From Takakia lepidozioides (taxonomy: Eukaryota; Plantae; Bryophyta), in contig CM060734.1 in NCBI GenBank assembly GCA_030704615.1, forward strand, positions 26,970,001 to 27,034,000: a stretch of DNA of 64,000 bases, read 5' to 3'. The stretch's first letter is position 1. Each line of letters begins with the position of its first letter. Below the pieces are notes generated by a model that was not told where the DNA came from, did not search any database, and was given only the letters and a program-made list of their open reading frames with translations. Shown here piece by piece: positions 1 to 9,164 of this stretch. The translations under genes and the position numbers were made by a program.

Positions 1-1
1 T

Positions 2-530
2 CACTAGCATTTTGTCACCAACGGGCTTGCACCGTTCTCAGGGATACTACTCCTTATATATACTTCTGTAGGTGTCCGCAGGGGTTCCACAAACAGCCAA
101 GTCCAAATCTGGTGCACCACCACCTAGACCCTCGACTCCTTGTGATGAGTCGCGGTGAGTCTTGGCCCATCCACCACGGCCCCAATGGACCGTGGTGAGT
201 CCCAAGACTCCCCATGACTCCCACCACAAGGCCTAAGCCTCATGGTGAGTCCTATGCCACCCCCACTACGACTCCCTACGCTACCACCACCCCACACGGA
301 GCCCCCCCACCGCAACCCGGCCGGTTGGCGGGGCTCCACCTAGTGAGCGCATCCGCCTCCTTGAGTGCCGAAGGCACTCAAGGGTGCTTCAGCCCCTATC
401 CCAATTTGCTGCCACTGCCCCCACCACAGGGGCAGCCCCTCTTATGTCCCGACCCCTCGCCCTCAAGGCAAAGGGCCGCGACAAGTAACCCCGAGAACGG
501 TGCAAGCCCGTTGGTGACCAAAAGCTAGTG
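2..530. mobile_element. Non-autonomous CACTA (En/Spm)-type TIR element, about 529 bp
   Basis: Begins CACTAG (2) and ends CTAGTG (530). About 42-bp imperfect terminal inverted repeat (2-43 vs 489-530). Internal repeated GTGAGTC/GACTC motifs in both orientations resemble subterminal repeats. Right flank is AGT and the single visible left base is T, which fits a 3-bp TSD, but the window edge hides the rest. Confidence 0.6.
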
Positions 531-1559
531 AGTAAGCAAGCGAGCCGGAAAGTGACCAAGGTGTGGGGAGCTATTCCAGACTGCCAGTAACCAAAGGAAA
601 TTTTGACTAGGCCTGATTAGCTCGAGGGTCTCGTGGAGGAGCAAGGGGGACCGTTATGCCCCGGTGAGCAGCCGAAGCTCCGAGTTGGCCCGACGGCCAG
701 TTTGGGAGTTAGGCGCGCGCATCAAAGCAAATAACTATGACTTAAGGGGGAGTTACCAAGGTGAGGTGCGCGACAGGCAACCCTTCTCTTTGCTTGCCCC
801 TTGAGCTCCTCCAGAGACTTACTGTGTGCCACCTTCCTCGCCCTGGCAGCCAGAGCGTCAAGGAAGCTCTCGTTGACACATTGTGGGTACCAACTTGGGC
901 CTATCTGGAAATGTCACTACCGAATATCGGCGTGTAGGCTCGCCATCAAACAACGCCTTATTGGCAGAGCCACTCCTACTCCGGTTGGACTTTGGAACAT
1001 GGGCTACCGGTGACTTTGCAGCAGCAGCACCAGGGGCCAAGGCCTTGGACAAAGTCGTCGTCCGAGTCACCCCCCTTGGCCCCCTCCTGCACCACCTCTC
1101 GAGCCTTGTTGGTTTTCTACTTCTCTGGGGTTGGTGCATTCCCCTATTTCCTGGTCCTTTTCTTCGGCCCCTTTGCCTTCTCATTTAGCTTGGAGTGGAT
1201 ACCTGCATGAGCATGCTCAGCCGCTTTTCGGGACTTGGTAAGTGCCTTCGCCTCCTGAGGGCCCACCGGAACCAGCGAAGCTCGATTTTGGCAGGCCTCT
1301 GCATCCAGCTTCAATTGAAACTCCGATTGGTCAAGCATGTCGGCCATAAGGTCCAGATACCAAGGGCAGTTGCGCAAATGCTCCAAGTGCCACTCCTTCA
1401 CCATATCGGCAGTGTGCATGGAGTCAGGGCCAGGAGTACGCCATGCTAGGAAAAATGAAGGCTCTCTGGCAATCGCACCTTTGTCCAACAGGTTGGACTT
1501 CATGCACATGCATTAAAAAAAAACAAAAGAGAATGAGGTCGAGGGAATGTGGCTCCCGT

Positions 1560-1742
1560 TTCGGCCCCAAAAATGGAAATGTGGCACCAAATTTTCAGTT
1601 TTGGTGCCACATTTCTGGGCCCCAAAACTGGAAATATGGCGTCAAATTTCGTGGGACTTCCCCTAGGTTCTGCGCCCCACAACTAGAAATATGGCGCCGA
1701 ATTTCCAATTTTGGGTGCCCAGAACCTAGGGGAAGTCACTCG
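1560..1742. repeat. Palindromic repeat cluster (CCAAAACTGGAAAT...ATTTCCAGTTTTGG family), left copy
   Basis: Long hairpin 1653-1740 with arms of about 38 bp (GGGACTTCCCCTAGGTTCTG...CAGAACCTAGGGGAAGTCAC) plus two partial units upstream. Confidence 0.75.
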
Positions 1743-2404
1743 GCATGAATTCCAAACCATGCGCAATAAAACATAGGGTCCACCAAATTCTGGAAAAACA
1801 AAAATTCTAAACGATTTATTTTTAACAAAGGGTTGTGGTATTATTATTATTTTAAAATAGGGGTACTTCTTTGCCTTTGTGTTACAGATTTTTTTAAAAG
1901 AATATGTGGGAAGAAAAAAAAACGGGGGGGTTGTGGAGCTAGGATTCCCCTTCACCATTATGATTCCTGATTCATGAGCTAGGATTTCCTTCACTATTAA
2001 GATTACTGTCGCTTTAACTTATCAGCCAGAGAAAACTTGTATGTGTTAGATAGCAGTGATGCAGACACATTGAATGAGTTTGTTAGTGAACACAGTAGGC
2101 CATATTTGTCTGAATAAAGTTCATGTATTTTGTTGTTTGTTGTGCATGTGTTGTTACTGTTTTTTTTTTTTTTTTTTTTTTTTTCGTTCAAATTGAACTT
2201 TATATGATACTTTAAAGTAAATTTGGGTGCTAATAAAAGAATCTAGTATTTTTCATAATTCAAAATAGGGTGTCTACAAAAAACCAGTATTACAAAACTA
2301 TGTAATATAAGGGTACCAAAAAAGAAAAAAAACCAAATAATACCCCCCAACTATATACTCTTTGTTCGCAGATGGTAACAAAATTTTACAAGGAGTGATC
2401 TCCC

Positions 2405-2605
2405 CGGGCCCAGAACTCATGGGACTTAGCCATTTCTGGGCCCCAAAATTGGAAATATGGCGCTGAATTTCCAGTGCTGGTGGCCCAGAACTCATGGGAC
2501 TTAGCCAGTTCTGGGGCCCCAAAACTAGAAATGCGGCGCCGAATTTCCAGTTTTGGCGCCAAGAACTCATGGGACACAACCATTTATGGGCCCCAAAACT
2601 AGAAT
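2405..2605. repeat. 75-bp tandem repeat with internal inverted repeats, about 2.6 copies, same family as 1560-1742
   Basis: CC(C/A)AGAACTCATGGGAC recurs at 2409, 2484 and 2559. Each unit contains CCAAAAYTRGAAAT-N10-ATTTCCAGT. Confidence 0.85.
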
Positions 2606-4744
2606 GGCCATAAAACAACAGAACAACACCGAAAATTTGCAGGTTTACCTGTACAAAAGGCGCATTGCCACTTTGTCCACGTTTGGCTGATCGGTGAACT
2701 CAACGCTCCTCCGTGCATGCGGCATCTCTCGAAAAAAGAGGTCAGTTTTGAAAAGTAGAAAATACCTCGTGACACAGTCGCTGAGGCTCTCTGTTTCTGC
2801 CGTAATCTCCAGCTTGAACTGATTTGCTTGGGTCTCCATCTACTCTTGCGCATTTGTGGTGACTTGCGGACAGTCTCCATCAGACAGCATTCTTGAGGAA
2901 TTACCGGAAATGTACTTGATACAAGAGGAGAAGCACCGAAACAAGCCTGAAAAGTACCTGAAACCACCATGTCATTCGGTTCATCCAGAGGTTGAATGTG
3001 GGGTCGGACAGTTTGTCAAATTTTGGGAAGCTCCACATGTCTCTCGTACTCTGCGACCCATTCCAGATTTGGAGCCACCGGGTCTGTCCAACCAACGTGG
3101 ATATTAGTAAGCGCAAGACACCATAAGAACGCATTGTTGCAACAAGAAGAAAAGTTGGTTAAGAATGTCTAACCTTCTCACTTGCATCCACACACGTTGT
3201 GCTAGATGATGCAGCTTCTCGAGTGTCATAGTGGGCTTAATAGCACGGGAGTAGTGCTTTCCTACCTCCACAAGAAAGTCGTCACCGAGGGCCGGATCAG
3301 CAATGGCCACGTACTTCACCATCCGCGACTTGTACTTTATTCGAGCCTTTGCCTCGGCAGCTTGGAGATATGTTTCAAGTGCTGGGAGGGTGTTTTTCTT
3401 CTCCTCGGACTCCATGTAGAACCTCTTCGCATGTGCCAAATCGATGTCAATTTTGGTCTGTCAACAGTGTAGACTACAATTAGAAAACATGGTCGGAGAA
3501 TTCCACACCATTTGTCCATTCACAGGTTCTTAAACCGAGCAAGAATCAAAGAGAGCAGAACGGCCTACCCGAAAGATGTAGTCCACCATGACGTCCATGC
3601 TCAGTCTGTACCAGGTTCTGTCAGCCTTTGCTTCCGACTTGCGCATGAGATCGACACTGAGAGATTTAGCAAACTCGTGCACCCCTTTCCTCCCAACATC
3701 CTTGACTCGGAAGAGCATGTGGGACAAGTTAGTGGCAATGAAAGCATTCTCCGTGACCCTGCAATGCCACATTTCCAATATACTAGGGGATTGCCAACGA
3801 AATTAGTGTTTGAAATTGCAAGTTCAAGTAGTGCAATGAGCATTGCACTTACATGTTTATGTCCGCCATAGCAGCTTTGAAAAGCTCCGATCCGCCGGCG
3901 AGGCCACCTTGAGCACAACATTCTCCATGGCGCAATGCCAATCTAGTTTGTGGGGGTGTTGTTGGGCTATGTACTCCATCCATGCTAGGAGCCGATGGTT
4001 CCCGTCCTAGACATAGAACATTTTGCCTCCCAAGTGCTTGAAAAGAGGATCATTAGCAATAAAATCCTCCAACTCCTGATTTCGAGTTTGCTAGTGTGGG
4101 CCCCAGCTGGCGATTTCCTCAAATTTGTGTCCACGAGAAGCTCCCTGATTGTTCTCAATAGAGACATAAAACGAGGCAGACCCCATGCGATATCCCTCCC
4201 GAAAAGAGAATTTGAGCTTGTCAATATCAGCGGGGAGGGCAGGTCTGACCACCGGCAGCGCTATCAAGCGACAGAGAGGAATCTGCAGCTTGGCCGGGTA
4301 GACCATGCTTCCCAAGACCCTGCCAATGTTGCTGTGGGTTGCCTCCAACATCTTAGCAACGACCATCTTCATATCGACCTCCGACATGAGGTCTGTGCCA
4401 GGGGGATTATCTAGAAGCCCACCAGGACCGCCAAACCCCGCATGTATGCTCCGGGTTGGGGCCTTAGGGATCTCGGGGAGGATGTCATCCTGGTCAGAAA
4501 CGTCCCTTTCATCCTCGTCATCTTCGAGAGGCACTGCAAGAAAATCGTTGTGGCCTTGCATTGCGGCAAGTAAGTCTTCCCCACCTAGGTCTCTACCTGC
4601 CCCATGCCATGGTGGTGGTGGTGTTTTCTCCCCTCCCTCAGTCTCCTCCCTGTGAGCAATTGCACCTTGTTGTGGTCCCCAGGGCGTTGGTGTCACCGGC
4701 AATGTGGCAGCAGGGCCCGTTTGTTTTGTCTTAGCTCTCTCCGG

Positions 4745-4972
4745 TGGCTCAACGGAAGGTTGGCCATCGAGATGATTTTGGTTCGCTTTGAGACTTGGCC
4801 AGTATGTTCAATGTGCCATGTAAGAAGCCCCAGAGTAATATGAGATCAACCAAAATTCGTTCAATGGGCCGACGGATGGTTGCCCATCCAAATGATTTTC
4901 GTTCGCTTTGAGACTTGGCCAGTGTGTTCAATGTACCCTCTGATAGGTCCCAGTGTAATATGAGATCAATCG
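4745..4972 (+). repeat. Two 120-bp monomers of a diverged satellite subfamily (S2)
   Basis: 120-bp period. Closely matches the reverse complement of about 20085-20300 and 21230-21450. Aligns without gaps to the main array monomer at about 77/120 positions by hand count. Confidence 0.85.
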
Positions 4973-5009
4973 TTAACGATTAATCATGAATCATCCAACA
5001 GGGAACTGT

Positions 5010-5140
5010 TGGTTTACCCTTTGAACCATTTAATATTGACATCATACTTGTCCAGTAAGTTTAAGAGGGCATGTACAAGACACTCGCAAAGTTTCAAATG
5101 AATCCAAAATCATTTGGCAGGGGAATGATTGGTTTACCCA
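5010..5140 (-). repeat. Single diverged monomer of the 120-bp satellite in reverse orientation
   Basis: Reverse complement reads GGGTAAACCAATC...CAAATGATTTTGGATTCATTTGAAACTTTGCGAGTGTCTTGTACATGCC...CAAGTATGATGTCAAT...TTCAAAGGGTAAA, colinear with the array monomer. Confidence 0.8.
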
Positions 5141-5143
5141 TAG

Positions 5144-5337
5144 CCAATTTCAGGGGCTGGACTTGCAATTTGAGGGGCTGAAACAGCCATTCCAGGGTCT
5201 TCAATTGCCAATTTCAGGGGCTGCACTAGCAATTGCCATTTCACATGCTACAATTGCAATTTGAGGGGCGAGAATTGTCATTTCAGGGGCTAGAAGTGCA
5301 ATTTGAGGGGTTGGAATTGACAATTTCAAGGGCTCAA
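5144..5337 (+). repeat. Degenerate minisatellite, unit about 21-22 bp (CAATTTSAGGGGCT core)
   Basis: About 9 copies of CAATTT(C/G)AGGGGCT-like units. Confidence 0.8.
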
Positions 5338-6205
5338 ATCAAAAGCAATGTATATAGTACTCGTTTGAAGTTTTCGAACGAAATGGATAAGGAACTAGCT
5401 AGATACGGACGACTAGATGTTGACAATTCAAACATTCTTTCCTTTTTCTCTTGTATCTTTTGACTTTTTCCTTGCCACTGGAATCGCGGCCATCCTTTCC
5501 AGAAAGAAAGATCTTTGCACAGCGTAAATTTCTTTCTCCGTTTCAAAGGAGATCAGGGGTGCCGCAGGTTGCCTTGATGCATCCACTGGCTTTAAGAGGG
5601 AAGTGACAGCTAGAAAGATCTCTAGGACCCTTGAGTTAAAGTTACATGAGTACTGTAAGGTTATAAATGCTGACCGAGTACTTGGCGTGCTTTTGAAATG
5701 CTGGATGGCGCAGGTGATGAACCGATCGAGATGCCCACTGGTATTTGTAAAGGTTCTAGATATACGGAGCTGAAGAGTGCAGAATGCGTTCAGCCTGAGT
5801 AAGTTGGACTGTTGTTCCGTAATCCCGCTGGTGACCACGATGATAGTTTGATCCATGCTTCCAGCAGCTGTGGTTATATCATTGTGAGTTGCCAGGTACT
5901 CTTATAATTAAATGGGCAGGTTTTTCCTTATCGCTGTTGAACATCGATTGAATTGACTAGACAGGTATAATATGACAGTGCTGGTGGAGCATACATTCTG
6001 AAGACCTCCGCAGGCCAGCTCAACAAGAAAAATACACATTTCCATGTAAAAAACCATGGTCCGCATGATAAGATGCTGCAAATTCAACGATCTGTTACAG
6101 TACTTCATTTGATGTCATCGTCGAGCTCATGGCAGATGAGGAGATGAATATATGAGTGTCTTACAGGAATGAGGTGTGACGCAGTGGTGTAGGCAGGTTT
6201 GAGGT

Positions 6206-7784
6206 ATGGCACTTAGAGATGTTCTACTAGACAGGGCCAGTGTACTGTGGCACCATTTCAGGGTAATCCTCATAGCCGGAATGGGTTTCTTCACCGGCGC
6301 CTTCGGTATATTTAGCATAACCCAAGTGACTGACCTACTGGCCAGGATATATTACCCGACGAGAGATCAGACGAGGCATAGACTTGAGACACTTCCAAAA
6401 TTTGTCAATTCTTGTGTTTGTGCAATTGCTCTATGCGGGGTTTTGGTGGGCCAGCTCGTTTTTCAGTTCCCTTGGAGACAGGCTGGGGCGAAAGAGAGTG
6501 TTTGTCATAACATCGATGATGATCATTCTGTGCTCGCTGGGATCAGCACTCTCATTTGGCCATACACCTTCAGCTACGATGGCTACTCTTTGCCTCTTCA
6601 GGTTCGGGTTAGGGTTTGGCATCGGAGGAGACCATCTAACTACCTGTAAAGTCCTATCCGAGTATTCCCATAGACGATCTCGTGGACGATTACTTGCTGC
6701 AGTGTTCGCAATGCAAGGAATGGGAATTCTGGCAGGAAACGTTGTGGCCCTCCTTGTCTCGTTTAGCTCCAGGATGTTTGTTCCTGGACCCTGGTGTTCT
6801 CACAAGTCCAAATCCGAGCTCTCCATGTCTTGTGATGTACCTCCCGAGGCTGACCTTCTGTGGCGAATCATCTTTGCTGTTGGAGCTATTCCTGCCGCTA
6901 TTACCATGTACTTCCGGATGAAGATGCCCGATACTGCGCCTCATACAGCTTCTGTTGACGTGGTAGACGAACATTTTGATCCCGGAGCCGAACAAGCGCA
7001 GTACACTTTCTTGTCACGGCAGTTCTTGGTCAGACATGGGGCCCAGCTGCTCGGAACTACATCATGCGGGTTGTTGCTCGACACTGCTTTCCACAGCCAA
7101 TTTTTTCTTCAAAAATCCGTCCTTGAGAAATGGCGGGTAGATTACCACCGGACTGGGCCTGTGGAAGAAGTCTTCATGACTGCAAGTAGTCAGTCAATCT
7201 TCGTACTTTGCACTACTGTCCTAGGGTACTGCTTAACGGTTCTTCTTGTTGATCGCATCGGCAGACGGGTCATTCAATTGCAGGGTTTCTTCTTCGTCAC
7301 ATTGTTCACGCTCTTGTTTGTATTCGACCACAGTCGTGATAGAGCTTCAAGCATTCTGTACCCCCTCACCTTTTTCTTCGCTAGTTTTGGACCTAGTAGC
7401 ACCACGTTCATTGTCCCTGCTGAGTCGTTTCCCACAAGATTTCGGTGGACTTGCCATGGCATCTCAGCGGCAGCTGGTAAAGCTGGAGCTTTCATCGGTG
7501 TATTCGGATTCTTGTATTACTCTGAGAACGATCGAGGTCGCCAACAACCGCACCGAATCAAGATTATCTTGTTCATCCTGGCCTGCATCAATGCCCTTGG
7601 CTTCCTCTGCACATTCCTTGTTCCTGAAATCTTTGGTGAAGATGGTTGTCCTCCCAAGGCTAGATCCAAGGCCACCGTTTATTCCTATCAATCCAATTTG
7701 AGAATGGGCTGTTGCACATGGCAGCAAGTTCCAGAATTGGCACACAATATATATAACATCATTGTCTTCCTGTCGATTACTTAA
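6206..7784 (+). pseudogene. PHT1: PHT1-family (MFS) phosphate:H+ symporter homologue, intronless, with one frameshift and degenerate functional motifs
   Basis: WHHFRVILIAGMGFFT, LGDRLGRKRV, LCLFRFGLGFGIGGD, RGRLLAAVFAMQGMGIL, WRIIFAVGA, VDRIGRRVIQLQGFFF and TTFIVPAESFPTRFRWTCHGISAAAGKAGA are PHT1 hallmarks. ORF 6206-6649 switches to ORF 6384-7784 at the T run 6459-6463 (one extra T, possibly a sequencing error). Confidence 0.85.
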
Positions 7785-7821
7785 GTTTAAAACATTTATG
7801 TGGGCATAATTGCCTTGTCTG

Positions 7822-7893
7822 GCGTTTGTAGTCCAACGGTTAGAATAATTAACTTTCAAGTAATAGACCCGGGTTCGACTCCCGGCAGACGCA
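7822..7893 (+). tRNA. tRNA-Gly(TCC)-derived gene or pseudogene whose anticodon now reads TTC
   Basis: 72 nt: GCGTTTGTAGTCCAACGGTTAGAATAATTAACTTTCAAGTAATAGACCCGGGTTCGACTCCCGGCAGACGCA. Matches plant cytosolic tRNA-Gly(TCC) as I recall it, with about 6 substitutions. A box, B box (GGTTCGACTCC), acceptor stem and T stem are intact. Anticodon 7855-7857 is TTC. Confidence 0.85.
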
Positions 7894-8771
7894 GTAAAGA
7901 TGAAACCTTGTCTTGTGTTTTACAACATCCCGGAATATATCTCTGTCTCAATCTCTCAATTTCAGAACTAGGCAGCAACATAGGTCACACAACATGGGAA
8001 AGTGCAGCTGCACAGAATCTCAGACGCACCATCACATCAGCTAATCTTCGGATTGTTGGTCTGGCGTTGTCAGTGCCACTGTGCACCAAGTGTTTGTTAG
8101 AAATTGAGCCAACAGTGTCGTATCTCCTTCCCCTAAGTTTGCAGTCCCTGCTATTTTCCTATGACATGGACATATTTGCTGGGTGCACAATCTTATGCAC
8201 CGCTGCTGTGTTTTCAAATTGGGGAAAAGGGGGGGCATGATGCCACACCAAACTCTTTTCTGCCAGTAGGCAAGAAACCAGACCACCATTGAAAGCCAGT
8301 AGCCACAAAAGTAAATCCAAGGCAGAAGAAGCATTAAGGAGAAGCCCAAGCATTTGGAAGCACAAACTACCTTCAGAGCCAAAAGACTCAACACTCTCGT
8401 ACTGGAAAAAGGGGCTGCCTATGATGGCCTGCAAAACTGACAAACAGACCGAGGAAGCATGGTAGATCCTAATTACCAAGGGGGCCCTGTACCAGCGGAA
8501 AAGTAGCATGCTTGCTGAGAGTGCCGGTTCCATGAAACTCCCAACCTTCGTGATGGGGTTCTTTCTTTTCTGCACCAACATAAGACTACTGAGGAGTTAC
8601 ATTGGCAACTCTCGGGCCATGCAAAGCAAGTTCATTTGATATGTGAATCTGGTAGTAAATTTCCAAACAAGCATAAAGATAAGATAAAGTTACTTCAACG
8701 TCCAGTGAATTTACAGAGCCTACTGCTCAACACACAGGCCATTGAGGGCCCAATGGACGGTCTGAAGGCAC

Positions 8772-8846
8772 ATGTTGAAGGATTGAACCCAGGATCACCT
8801 AGGTTATGCACAGGCAAGGCACAAACACCCAACCACTGGGCTACCT
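8772..8846 (-). mobile_element. tRNA-derived SINE-like head (relic)
   Basis: Minus strand has A-box-like TAGCCCAGTGG (8843-8833) and B-box-like GGTTCAATCC (8789-8780) at Pol III spacing, with no clean cloverleaf. Confidence 0.4.
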
Positions 8847-9143
8847 GCTCAAGTGCATGAGAGCTCTCTGTGATTTAGTTGAGGCAATGCAATCTCTTGG
8901 CAATACCACAATTCCTTGCAAATCCTGACAACATCCGTACTATCGTTGTAGCTGCTGTTGCAGACCGAAGGATAGCTGTTACTGAAGATACTGCAGATTT
9001 TGGCAGATGTCCATTTAAGCCTTTCTGCCGACCAAGTTCTTACTGAGATTTTCTGCATGGTGAAACCCTCTGTTGCCAATGATGGAGAAGGTTGGTCTCT
9101 AGTGCACCAGTCTGGCACCATCCAGCCAGTCAAAGTACAGATA

Positions 9144-9164
9144 AGAGAGAGAGAGAGAGAGAGA
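9144..9164. repeat. (AG)n microsatellite
   Basis: About 10 AG units. Confidence 0.9.

Larger units (their letters stand above)
760..4702 (-). pseudogene. Decayed multi-exon gene encoding a ParB/sulfiredoxin-like N-terminal domain protein, probably TE-associated
   Basis: Reading ORF 4091-4702 through TAG stops at 4091-4093 and 4007-4009 gives IPLCRLIALPVVRPALPADIDKLKFSFREGY...WGPH*QTRNQELEDFIANDPLFKHLGGKMFYV*DGNHRLLAWMEYI. After one frameshift near 3890, GT-AG introns at 3852-3759, 3568-3458 and 3181-3084 join ORFs 3530-3778, 3104-3439 and 2901-3134 in frame. Further likely exons are about 2863-2649 and from about 1445 down to about 760 (3' extent uncertain). Confidence 0.7.

Noticed and set aside
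5400-6205. P1BS (GNATATNC) phosphate-starvation element upstream of PHT1
   Set aside because: No exact match was seen by eye in the upstream region. The one noticed (about 10307) is far downstream and expected by chance.
7803-7816. ATAATTGCCTT just upstream of the tRNA, resembling the Gly anticodon arm
   Set aside because: An 11-bp match is too short to support a second tRNA fragment.
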